A stretch of 53,786 nucleotides of DNA, filler included, from Catajapyx aquilonaris (Eukaryota): the NCBI GenBank assembly GCA_000934665.2. It is 2 parts of 2 records of this genome, joined end to end, with 100 filler letters (N's around TTAATTAATTAA, not from the genome) between each part and the next. Parts side by side here need not be neighbours in the genome. Positions count along the whole stretch, not along the records: positions 26,958 to 53,786 come from KZ539292.1; 1 more part is not named here. One strand, written 5' to 3'. The translations under genes and the position numbers were made by a program. A model generated the notes under the pieces. The model saw nothing but the letters and a program-made list of their open reading frames with translations, was not told the DNA's origin and searched no databases. Each line of letters opens with the position of its first letter. Positions within the stretch are counted from its first letter, which is position 1. Below, in pieces: positions 32,395 through 42,673 of the stretch.

Positions 32395-35300
32395 CTATTG
32401 CGGCTTAAAGAAAATAGAATTGCGGCTTAAACGCATTTGCCGAGAAAATGGCATCGATTGTGGATACCGCACAGTAGGCGTTCTGATTCTAGTGCCACGT
32501 CTTAATGGTACTACTTCTGGTGAAGGACTAGGTGATGGCTCTGGTGCCACTTGTAAGAGATCATCAGCCTGTGCTGCAGGCAAAACTGGAGCGTTCCGCC
32601 TTATGGGAACATATACAATGGTTTCCTCGTCAGGATCTACCAATAATTCCATGTCATTTCCTATTTTTTGTTCATCTTTTGCCGAACTCTTTTCATCGTC
32701 TTTGTCTTGTTTGTCCCCATTGGCAACTGGTAGCTCATCATCAACTGGCTCAGGATAGATATTTCTATCCACTCTCATCTTCAATCTGTTTACGTTAACA
32801 ATTTGCGTTTTGCGATTACCAAATAGTGGTCGAATTTCAAAATTTACTGGTCCTGTTTGTCTTATGATCCTGTATGGGCCCTTCCATAACCTTGACAATT
32901 TCTTCACTCTCCCTTTCTTAATCTGTGGCATAAACAACATAACTACATTTCCGGCCTTGAAATCACGTTTCTTTGCTTTCTTATCATATGCTCGTTTGTT
33001 TCTGCGATGACTTTCTTTTAAATGCTCTTGCGTACGTTGGAAAATATTATACATCTTTGCAGTGAGGGCTTCCTTATATTCATCCATTGGCGCATAACTG
33101 ATTCTAGTGGGTTCTAATCTTGCTGCTAATGGTATGTCCATATCTCTCCCGAATAGTAAATAATGAGGCGTGTCTCTAGTTGAAGTGTGGACAGCATTTC
33201 GTATGGACATTAAAGCTAACGGCAAAAGTGAATCCCAATTTTCCTGCTCTTCATTAATATGCGCTGCGATTATTCTGGAAATAACTTGATTAAGGCGTTC
33301 TAATGTCCCGTTTGCTTTTGGATTATATGGTGTAGTAAATATTCCCTTTACGTCGAATAATCTGCATATTTCACGCATCAATTTGGATGTAAAATTAGAC
33401 CCTCTGTCCGATAATAGCTTCAATGGAATGCCATATCTGCAAAATATGTTTTCTACGAGCACTCTAGCGACTGTTTCCGTTGTTTGATCTGGAATGGCGA
33501 AAGCTTCAGGCCATCTAATGAGTAAGTCTGTAACAACCAATATGTACTTATTCCCATTTACTGTGAGAGGCATTGGACCCATTATGTCCATGGATATTGT
33601 CTCAAACGGACGACTAGCGGTGGGAATCTCCTCAAGCGGAGCCCTTCTTGATCTGACATCTTTCTTTTCTTGACAACGCACACATGATTTACAAAAATTT
33701 GAAATATTGATATTCATTTCTGGCCAATAATATTGCTGTCGTATCCTCTCTATGGTTTTTCTTTCGGAGAAATGGGGTGCAAATACAGACTCGTGATATA
33801 TTTCCATGATATACTTCCGCATTGTCTGAGGCACATACAGTTGACATACTTCACTGTTATCTCTTTCATTCCACAATAACTGAATCTTGCGGTACACAAG
33901 ATCATCAATTAAAACAAACTCACTTTCCACTGCATTGTTTTCCAAATCATGCCGAATTCTTGAGATTACTGAGTCTATTTTCTGTTCCCTAATCACTCGC
34001 TCTTTATCCCAAAGAATAGGTTCAGGGTCTTCAGTGTTTATATTACTTAGCCTTTCCTTCTCTACGCTATTGTTAGACATTAACAGATCCACATAAGCAT
34101 CTGTATCTCCGTAATTGCCTAAACATTTTTGTTCTAAGAGATTTTCATCTAGTTTAATCCTAGAAAGACTATCTGCATTAAGATGTTTCTTGCCTGGTCT
34201 ATGAATGACCTGGAATTCATATTCCTGAAGACTCCAAATCCATCTTTGTAACTTCCCTTTCGGTTCTCTTTGGTTCATTATCCATTTTATGGCGGAACAA
34301 TCAGTAATTAAAGTAAATTTACGTCCCCATAGATATACTCGGAAATACTTCACTGCCCATACCGCAGCTAAAGCTTCTCTCTCAAGGTTACTCAGATTCT
34401 GTTCATGCACTGTTAACTGACGTGACGCATATGCTACTGGCTTCTCGTCTTCACCCACTTTCTGAAATAATATTGCCCCAAGGCTATATCCTGACGCGTC
34501 TGTAGATAGATAAAACTCTTTGGTATAATCAGGAAATTGTAACACTGGACTAGTTGTCAATGCCTTCTTTAACTGATTAAATGCTTCTTCACATTCGGTT
34601 GTCCATTTAAATGGATGGTTCTTCTTCGTTAAATCCGTTAAACAGTTAGTTACCTCGGCAAAATTACTGATAAACTTCCTATAGAATCCCGCTAGACCCA
34701 AGAATGATCTTACTTCCTTCACATTCCGTGGCCTTGGATAGTGTAAAACTGCTTCTATTTTCTTCTCATTTGGCCTGATTCCGTCGGCGGAAATAATATG
34801 TCCCAGGTAATCTAGTTCCCTTCGTGCAAATCTACATTTTGACAATTTTGCTTTTAAATTTACTTTCCTGAGTTGGTCAAACAGCGTTTGTAAGTGCTTC
34901 AAGTGAGATGGATAATCAGGACTTGCTACAATTAAATCATCTAAATACAATAAATACGTCTGTGGGGGTAATGCGGACATTACCAATGCTGACATTGCTG
35001 CAGAAAATGTAGAAGGCGACGTTGCCAAACCGAAAGGCGTTCTTAAGAATTCAAAATTTCCTTCTGTCGTTCCGAATCCTGTAAATTTAGTGCTGTCCTT
35101 ATGCAAGGGAATTTGTAAAAATGCCGAATACAAGTCACACGACGAAATATACTGAATTTTTCCAATAGAATAAATCAATTCGTTAATATTGGGTAATGGG
35201 AATACTGCAGACGGTGCTAATTGACTGTTAAGCCGTCTGTAATCTGTGACAAGTCTAAATCCGCCATCTTTCTTGGGAACAAGAAAACTTGGGGAACAAT

Positions 35301-36474
35301 AAGGAGAATCTGATGGTCTAATTACTCCTTCCTTAAGTAGGTCACTTATGCAACCACGCATTGCTTCCTTCTGTCTTTCTGGAATACGGTATGGCTTGTA
35401 CTGGAACACTGAGTGATCCTTCAACTGTATGCGATGTTCCCAATAAGGTGTGAAACTCAACGGTCCTCCAGTATGGAATATATCCCTGTTTTTCTGCAAT
35501 AACTCAAGCAACCTTTTTCTTTTTCCTTCTGGCAAATGGCCCAAGTCCTCTCTTTCTACCTTTTCCCAGTCTATTTCATGTGTCCCATCAACGCTTTGCT
35601 TTATCACCTGTTCATCCTGTGGTTCGTAGTAATATGCTTTCCCTATGGTACTGTTCAATGGAATTTCCACCTCGTGTTGGCTTAAGTTTAACACTCGCAA
35701 AGGTATGTTACCATACTGATCTGCAACTACTAAAGCACGTGCAACTCCTATGGCTGCATAGTTGGGAATGCCCTCAATCATTAGTTCTCTTCCGGTCACA
35801 CTATCACCAACTACCTTTCCTCTAGTTAAAACCTCACAGTAAGGCGGTATCTTAATCGGTTGTGTCCAACACACTGCTGCTCCTAAATCCTGTTCCTTTA
35901 TGGGCTCACAAAAGGGAAGAATGTATCTACCTTTTATTTCTAATTCTCTTCCTTGTAATTTAATTTCTGCTTGAAACTGATCCATAAAATCTAACCCAAT
36001 AATTCCATCAACAGGTAATCCTAATGGTTCTTTTGGCACCCATATTGCAACATCGTCACTTACTGCAGCGATACTACAAGTCAATCTAGCTCTGCCAGCC
36101 ATATCAATCTTTTGCCCCGTTATTCCATATAATCCACCATTTGCATCCTGCTGAAGTTTCTTTCCGTGCCTTATTCTTTCCCAACTACAGAAATCTAACA
36201 ATGTGGCTTTCGATCCCGTATCGACTAAAAATTTGCATAAACTTATATTACATTTTATTTCCACTATAGGATGCGTTACTGCCGTGCTCTGATTATTCCC
36301 TACGGGATTGGTTGAGTAAATATGGTTAATATCGCTTGCTTTGTCTACAAATGCGTCATTGTGATTATTTCTATAACAATGTTCGCTTCTATCGGGATAC
36401 CTCGTTCCTATATCCGGCGTAGGCCTTACATTCCCATTGTACCGGTATTTCTGGGGGCCATGTGGTAGTTTCCC
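32395..36474 (-). CDS. pol: Pol polyprotein (protease, RT, RNase H, integrase) expressed by -1 frameshift
   Basis: LVDTGS, YLDD, STDAS, H..H..C..C, MDIMG/SDRG/LER and WKGPY motifs; the frame is open upstream of the ORF-track start as far as 36486. Confidence 0.96.
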   Translation of the reverse strand, partial: GKLPHGPQKYRYNGNVRPTPDIGTRYPDRSEHCYRNNHNDAFVDKASDINHIYSTNPVGNNQSTAVTHPIVEIKCNISLCKFLVDTGSKATLLDFCSWERIRHGKKLQQDANGGLYGITGQKIDMAGRARLTCSIAAVSDDVAIWVPKEPLGLPVDGIIGLDFMDQFQAEIKLQGRELEIKGRYILPFCEPIKEQDLGAAVCWTQPIKIPPYCEVLTRGKVVGDSVTGRELMIEGIPNYAAIGVARALVVADQYGNIPLRVLNLSQHEVEIPLNSTIGKAYYYEPQDEQVIKQSVDGTHEIDWEKVEREDLGHLPEGKRKRLLELLQKNRDIFHTGGPLSFTPYWEHRIQLKDHSVFQYKPYRIPERQKEAMRGCISDLLKEGVIRPSDSPYCSPSFLVPKKDGGFRLVTDYRRLNSQLAPSAVFPLPNINELIYSIGKIQYISSCDLYSAFLQIPLHKDSTKFTGFGTTEGNFEFLRTPFGLATSPSTFSAAMSALVMSALPPQTYLLYLDDLIVASPDYPSHLKHLQTLFDQLRKVNLKAKLSKCRFARRELDYLGHIISADGIRPNEKKIEAVLHYPRPRNVKEVRSFLGLAGFYRKFISNFAEVTNCLTDLTKKNHPFKWTTECEEAFNQLKKALTTSPVLQFPDYTKEFYLSTDASGYSLGAILFQKVGEDEKPVAYASRQLTVHEQNLSNLEREALAAVWAVKYFRVYLWGRKFTLITDCSAIKWIMNQREPKGKLQRWIWSLQEYEFQVIHRPGKKHLNADSLSRIKLDENLLEQKCLGNYGDTDAYVDLLMSNNSVEKERLSNINTEDPEPILWDKERVIREQKIDSVISRIRHDLENNAVESEFVLIDDLVYRKIQLLWNERDNSEVCQLYVPQTMRKYIMEIYHESVFAPHFSERKTIERIRQQYYWPEMNINISNFCKSCVRCQEKKDVRSRRAPLEEIPTASRPFETISMDIMGPMPLTVNGNKYILVVTDLLIRWPEAFAIPDQTTETVARVLVENIFCRYGIPLKLLSDRGSNFTSKLMREICRLFDVKGIFTTPYNPKANGTLERLNQVISRIIAAHINEEQENWDSLLPLALMSIRNAVHTSTRDTPHYLLFGRDMDIPLAARLEPTRISYAPMDEYKEALTAKMYNIFQRTQEHLKESHRRNKRAYDKKAKKRDFKAGNVVMLFMPQIKKGRVKKLSRLWKGPYRIIRQTGPVNFEIRPLFGNRKTQIVNVNRLKMRVDRNIYPEPVDDELPVANGDKQDKDDEKSSAKDEQKIGNDMELLVDPDEETIVYVPIRRNAPVLPAAQADDLLQVAPEPSPSPSPEVVPLRRGTRIRTPTVRYPQSMPFSRQMRLSRNSIFFKPQ

Positions 36475-37856
36475 CGATTTTCTGGATTATAGCGCATGCC
36501 TCTGTTTTGGACACCTGTTGCTTCATAGCTCATGCGTCCCTTTTCAAACACGCGGGTAGGCGGTCGATAATTTTGTTGATTCTGCGCTGAAGGCACAAAG
36601 GAACGGGTCGATACTCCCTGCGCCCTAGGCGATGTGCAATCGCGATCCCAATGCGCTCTCCCGCAGTACCGACAATTTCTAGGAGGTATAGCTCGTGCTT
36701 GTGCTCCTGCTGGCACCATCGGGCCGCACATAGCCTTATTCTTATTCCAGCAACTATTAGCATAATGAGGGCCACCACAATTAAAACATGGACCCGGGGC
36801 TCTATATCTGTTGACCCTACAATCCCTAGCGAAATGACCTTGACCCTGGCAACTATAACAGGTCACATTTCTACGTGTTTGCATCATCGACATTCGATCC
36901 TCTGCAGCTTCTTTAGGAATCTGACTTTTTGTCTCAACTGCTTGTTGACATTGCTTCATTTGTTCATTTAAAGCTGCTAATTTGTTATTTAAGGTTTCAA
37001 TCGGATCGTCCTTCTTCTCAACACTAAATACGGTACTTCTTCCTGAGCCACGTTTATAATAACTGCCTTTTTCCCTTCGCTCTTCATCCCCCGCTATTCC
37101 CAACGCTTCCTCTATAGTTTTGGGTTTGAGTATAGACATGTTCTTTTTTATACCGTCTGAATATAATCCTGTGATGAATTGTGATAACACCAACCGATCT
37201 ATTGCCTCTAAATCTTCAGGAGCGTCGACGGAATGTATCATCTGGAAACGCACTGTCCTTAATCGTGTTATAAAGTCTTGGACTCCCTCTTTGGCTTCTT
37301 GCACAACATTTCTAATGTCCCCTAGTAGTTCATTGAAATCTCTCACAATGCTAAACCTTTTCATGAACAGTTCACGAAAGGTTACCCAATCCTCTATGTT
37401 TCTGAATTCAGGACTAAACATCACATGGGAAGCGGCAGGATCTCGCAATTTTAATTTCAAGCAATTTATGTGTTCTGCGTCGTTCCATTGGGACATGATG
37501 CCAGCTATCTCTATGTGATTTACGAATTGGAGAGGCGATTCTCCAGTTCTCCCCTCGAAAAATGGAATCGTAACCAATAACCCAGTATTAAACTTAACTA
37601 TCGCTGGCCTATCGGAAGATACAGTTCCAGCCTCTGATGGAGTGCCTTCACCATCATTCTGTCCTTCTGGGGGCACCACCTGTCTCTCGTTCTGCCCATT
37701 ATTCGCCATGGCTGCAACTATCCGTTCGTTCTCGTCCAATAATCCTCGCAACAATCTCTTTAGTTCCGAGTTCTCTTGATATAACGCAAGTTTCCCTGCT
37801 AACAATCCATGCTCGCGATCCCACTCTAAACTCTCATCGGAACTCGACGCAGACAT
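36426..37856 (-). CDS. gag: Gag (476 aa) with three Cys/His knuckles
   Basis: Capsid-like segment (IPFFEG...Q..KEGVQDFITRL); CYSCQGQGHFARDC, CFNCGGPHYANSC, CRYCGRAHWDRDC. Confidence 0.95.
   Translation of the reverse strand: MSASSSDESLEWDREHGLLAGKLALYQENSELKRLLRGLLDENERIVAAMANNGQNERQVVPPEGQNDGEGTPSEAGTVSSDRPAIVKFNTGLLVTIPFFEGRTGESPLQFVNHIEIAGIMSQWNDAEHINCLKLKLRDPAASHVMFSPEFRNIEDWVTFRELFMKRFSIVRDFNELLGDIRNVVQEAKEGVQDFITRLRTVRFQMIHSVDAPEDLEAIDRLVLSQFITGLYSDGIKKNMSILKPKTIEEALGIAGDEERREKGSYYKRGSGRSTVFSVEKKDDPIETLNNKLAALNEQMKQCQQAVETKSQIPKEAAEDRMSMMQTRRNVTCYSCQGQGHFARDCRVNRYRAPGPCFNCGGPHYANSCWNKNKAMCGPMVPAGAQARAIPPRNCRYCGRAHWDRDCTSPRAQGVSTRSFVPSAQNQQNYRPPTRVFEKGRMSYEATGVQNRGMRYNPENRGNYHMAPRNTGTMGM
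36468..36474 (-). promoter_or_regulatory. -1 ribosomal frameshift slippery heptamer G GGA AAC
   Basis: X XXY YYZ pattern in the gag frame (CGG GGA AAC) inside the gag/pol overlap; pol is in the -1 frame. Confidence 0.85.
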
Positions 37857-38020
37857 ATATCATCCTAATCAATGTAATAGACACTACGCACCTTAGGCAG
37901 ATCCCCTATGGGCTCTAATATACACGTACACATAACAAATACTACCATCAGCCCAAACGATCACAACCATCCCCCTTCCAACGCTCAAAATTTTTATTAC
38001 ATTTAGTGCTAATCATCATT

Positions 38021-38038
38021 ATCCTGCAGGCTGCGCCA
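38021..38038 (-). promoter_or_regulatory. Primer binding site, tRNA-Ser-like
   Basis: TGGCGCAGCCTGCAGGAT starts 2 nt inside the 5' LTR; tRNA identity is from recall of TGGCGCAG-type PBSs. Confidence 0.7.
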
Positions 38039-38040
38039 AT

Positions 38041-39034
38041 TGTCGGACCTAGACAGGTACGGGTCCGAATATTAGTTGGATAGGGGTATGTGGCATAACT
38101 GTATGCGAAATCACACAAGGCTGGTGGTTAAATTCATACTTCAATTTAATAGAGGGAGGCGGAGTGGTGCTGCGGTAACGTATGCGCCCACGGATGTTAA
38201 GGTCCCGGGTTCGATCCCAGCCCGGGGACACCCCCTTCATCTCGTGCAGAGTTCATTGGGTCACCTCTGGCTTCGTCTCGGGTGGTATTTCCACAGACTA
38301 AACCACCCGGGGGAGTTCACTAAAAATGGCCACATTAAGACATTGCACTGCACCTTGCACATCCCCTCCTGTCATCCTGCCCGTGGGCCCGGGCGATTCG
38401 CTCAAGGTTCCAGCATTGTACTGCATTGTACTTCAAGTATAATAAAGGTCCGTGCCGCATACCCTATATAGGGTCAGGCACTACCCAAGGATTACTTCAA
38501 TTTAATGTACTCCGACTAACATACTAGTACCTCCAAACATTACAACAACTTTGAACAATATGCAACTTCCTCCTTATGGAGGCACCCCTTCCAAAATCAC
38601 ATACTGTGCGATTGAAAATTCTTACCTGTTGGAATGCTCAAGCTCTGTCTGCCGGGCTGTCAAGATGTGAAATCTCTTTGAAAATAATTCCGGTGCCGCT
38701 TTTATAGTGCCCGGTTTGGGGTGGGGTCCGGTGTTTTCACAACTTTATTAATCTGATTCTTGCATCCCGAAATGAGTGTGTCATATTGATACTGTAAGTT
38801 TCTTATCCCTTCCACCGCGCTTGGACTCTAATGGCTCTTTTTGTATGGATTACTGGCGCCAGGACGTCTACTGCTTCATAGATTACTATGCCTGAGACTC
38901 TCTACTCTGGCACTGCAGTGACATTGACAATCATGTAATTTAAATGAGTTTACGGGGCATAATTATAGCAAATTAATTACTGCGCACTTGGTTATGATAA
39001 TCACATTAGTTGTTATGCCGTATGCGGCATGACA
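38041..39034 (-). repeat. 5' LTR (638 bp plus 356 bp of SINE and TSD)
   Basis: TATAAAA at 38700-38706 on the minus strand; CAG|GTAAG donor at 38626/38625. Confidence 0.95.
38151..38492 (+). mobile_element. tRNA-derived SINE, family B, inserted in the 5' LTR
   Basis: 14-bp TSD TACTTCAATTTAAT (38137-38150 and 38493-38506); A-box-like GTGGTGCTGCGG and B box GGTTCGATCCC; absent from the 3' LTR. Confidence 0.93.
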
Positions 39035-39119
39035 GTGCCAACAGGCAGGTAGTTTATATACAGTCAGTGAAGGTCATTGAGTTGGTGCAACTGGCAACCA
39101 ACAATATAGAATCCAATTA

Positions 39120-39512
39120 CACTGTACTCCCGATATATCAGGGTGCGGATAATACGTGCATCGCCATAACATAAACATTTACGTCCGAAAAAATGTCTCG
39201 AATTTTTGTCCCACTGCTAGATAGTGCATACTGATAACTCAACAGTAGTGGTACGGAAATTCCACCCAATATCAATATCAATGTCTCACCAACGAAAAAA
39301 ATATATACCATACTTTCTCTAGAAGGCAAAGTAAAAATCTATGGTAAGTTTTATTTTTTGGATTAACCAAGCAGCATGCTCTTTGTACAGTAGTACATCA
39401 ACAACCTGTGAATAGCTCCCTTTCTAGGATCATTTTCCGATTGTCCGTGTTTCCCAATTATCTGGCAACACCCGTGCAGTCATTAGCTTGGATAATAATC
39501 GGGAGTACAGTG
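39120..39512. mobile_element. TA-flanked MITE
   Basis: TA CACTGTACTCCCGAT...ATCGGGAGTACAGTG TA. Confidence 0.75.
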
Positions 39513-39975
39513 TACCTATGTGTACAGACTGTAGGGTCGCCCAGCTGTATTGTTGCATAAACACTGGGTAAGCTCTGTTCGCCACCTTGAATCACAGCCA
39601 TCACTGGAAGTCTGGAACCACAGATGGGAACTGTATTTTAAAATTGCGCACCCTTAACCCTTTCACAAGTTTTTGGCACGTTTATGCGCCGTTTCTTTCC
39701 TTCTTTTTGTTCAAAATTCGATGTAGGAGTGATATTAATGAATAACAACTTTGAGCCAAAATTAATCATTTAAATTCGTGGTGGTCCTTTTGATTGTAAA
39801 ATGCCGGAGAAAAATTCATATAGGCTACAGGGTGTCCCACAAAATAAACTTTTTAGAATCGTCCGGCTCTCAGAAAGTCGATAGGCCTCACAAGTTTACT
39901 CAGTGACTATGGTACATTGTTCTTATGGTTACATAATATTACCACAACACTGTGCTATGATAAACTCCCAAGGGT

Positions 39976-40235
39976 CGGGTAGGTGTAGATGGGCGAGATG
40001 ATAACGTCTCGGCTTGCTGAGTGAAAGGCCCCAGGTTCTATCCCCGCCTGTGGAGTTTTCCTTTCACTTGCGTCAGGAGGGTCTCTGACCTGCACCAAGA
40101 AGGTGTCTGGCAACCTAACCTCCTGGGGAACAGCACATGACCCTTTTACAGATCTTGCACTTGCACCTATGTTCCCTCCCCAAAAATCCCTACCCCTCCC
40201 CTACATCCTTGACTCCTTGCACCGGATATTGAAGT
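39976..40235 (+). mobile_element. SINE family A copy nested in a CAGGGTG MITE (about 39828-40340)
   Basis: Colinear with 15740-15990; flanked at a distance by TACAGGGTGTCC and GGGCACCCTGTA. Confidence 0.85.
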
Positions 40236-40792
40236 TAAAATCTAGAAACATGGAGTCAACTGGTGGTATTCCACCCCCCTAAAAAGGCCGCCTTATCACG
40301 GGGTAACTTTTTTAAAAAAACCCTCCCAAGTCCAAGAGTCCATACTTTACGGGCACCCTGTACTGAGGGAACATGTTTACATAAACGATCACGCGTGGGA
40401 GCAACGTGACCTTGGCATATACGACTCAACTTGGCGGGAACAGGGGGGGATCTGGAGTTGCCATGGTACTTGAGTCACAATCCAAGAGATGGCAGGAGCA
40501 TATTGAACCGGGTTTGGCACTGACAAGTTCGCCTTCTCTATGCACATCCTCGAGGGCTGAATTCACAAACCATCAGGACATCGTAATATTATGATGTATT
40601 AGCCGTCAAAGGTTTAATGTAAGGAGCGGGGAGGTCGGGGGGAGGGGACTATGATGAGGATAATTGTTGGGTGAGCATCATTAAGAACATGGCCTACACC
40701 GCAGGCCGCAGGCCTAGAAAACAGCGAGCGAAGCGAGTGGTTTTCTAGGCCTGCGCCCTAGGAAAAGGCGAGCGGAGCGAGGGTTTTCCTAG

Positions 40793-42158
40793 TCTTCTAT
40801 AATATTAAAATCCTTGCGGTCTATGGCCGAGCCCTCTGATTGGTCCGCCGCCGCGCATTGTTGCCCCCACCTCCCCATTGGCCAGCGTTCATTGTTCCCT
40901 GGACCCATTGTTACCATGACGCCTCCGATTGGCCCCCGTTCCGAGCATGCGCAGTGGGTGGGAGAACGCCACAGTCGCTTGCTGGACGTCAACGAGGACG
41001 CATCATTCTCCTCTCCCGTGAAGATGACCCCTCTGCCCCTTCCACCTTCCTCCACCAGCCACATCGTCACGGTGACCTGACAACAGGGGAGGGGGAGGGG
41101 AGGGGGGAATGGAACGTCGTGTCGTAAACAAACAGAATCGAATATCGGCCAAGGTCGGAATCTGTTGTTTATCAGTGGTGCCAATATAAACTCCATGGAC
41201 GTTTATGAACAAAGTAAAATAATTCCGGTTTTTTAAACGAGGTCCTTACTGCTGCCGTCAGATATGAGAAGACCGTAACTCAATGGCCACTTCCCCTTGC
41301 GCCGCTTGCGACGAGAAAAAAAAGGCAGTGGTACCAAAAGCACCCAACAGGTGGAGTTGGGGTGCCGTTCCTTTTTCCCCCTTCCCCCAACGCCACCTCT
41401 TGGATGCTTTCTGTAAGACTTGCTTTCTTTTCTCGCCGCAAGGGAAGTGGATATTGAGTTACGGTCCTCTCACATCTGACGGAAGTACTGGCATCCCCCA
41501 GTGGGAAGAGTTGGTAAGCAGGATTTGCCGCGATATTCAACACTGAACCAGGGGATAGGCCGAGAACGTCAAAAGAAAGTGGCGGGAAGAATGAAACCAG
41601 TTTTTGATCGTGTAATATTATATTTTTTAATTTGTAGTTATTTTTCATTTATTAAAATAATCGCGGCCACCCTGACATCCACGGAGAAGGCTGCGCGACC
41701 CCCAGGTTGGGAACCACTGGTCGAATACAGACACTGCCAAGTTCCATTGGCTGTTTATTAGTAAAGGGAAGTTATGAGCAGTTAGAAAAACGTGGTCGGA
41801 AAGCGTGCATATGATTTAGATACATGTGCGAGTGCATGCGAATAGAGGCGGTGGAGGTTGTGAATTTTTGTTCATACAATAATAATAATAATAATTTTTT
41901 TTTAAATTGCAAAGGTATGGGTATGTTGAGGTGGGCAAATGCATATTTCCCAGCCAATGCAAAGGTGGGATTGCAGATTGGACGCAGGGTATAGGGAATC
42001 ACATAATTATATGTGAATGCACGGAGGAACGGGTGATGGTGGGGGGTGTGGATGTGATTGGCATCACCACTGGCAATAAGTCCGAAGAGATTGAAAATGT
42101 GGTGGGCACTGTAGGCCAGCGCCCTAGGAAAATACGAGCGGAGCGAGGATTTTCCTAG
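40793..42158 (+). mobile_element. Non-autonomous Helitron-like element
   Basis: 5' TCTTCTATAATATTAAAA; 3' stem CTAGGAAAA...CGAGCGGAGCGAG...TTTTCCTAG followed by T; contains a MITE at about 41255-41481. Confidence 0.7.
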
Positions 42159-42673
42159 TACTATTATTTTAAGGTCTCTACTTGGAAAGTATGTCTTATT
42201 CATTCTAGATCACTTCATGCTGGACAGGTCATAGCATTATCTGGCGTATTTTTAAAATGCAGAAAATATGCTGCTGCAGGTACAGCATATCATTTTGATT
42301 AAATAAAAAGCCACAAATAATATAGTCAGATGTGTCTATGGGCAAAGCAGATATTTGCCGATAAAGGAAATAAAATTGGTGAAAAAACAATGCAAAATTA
42401 CATCACATTTTAAGCAAGTGACTTACCCTACTAATAATAATCTCTGGAACCTACTGATACGGGGTCATCTCCATCTTAACAACTTTGGGCTAATTGGCAA
42501 GTTTCACAACCCGGGTGTCACTCTCCTGTATGAATTTGGACGTGACTTTTCAAAATGTACTTCACATGACAAAATATGTTCACAAATAAAGGTCCTGTCT
42601 CCTGCATGAGCCTTCCAATCATGGGATAAAAGTTTTTTTTTAAAGCCACAGCACTAAAGCAAATGGTATCTTT

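Larger units (their letters stand above)
29306..39034 (-). mobile_element. Full-length, recent Ty3/Gypsy LTR retrotransposon
   Basis: TGTC...GACA LTRs, 4-bp TSD GTGC (29302-29305 and 39035-39038), PBS, uninterrupted gag and pol in PR-RT-RH-IN order. Confidence 0.97.
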
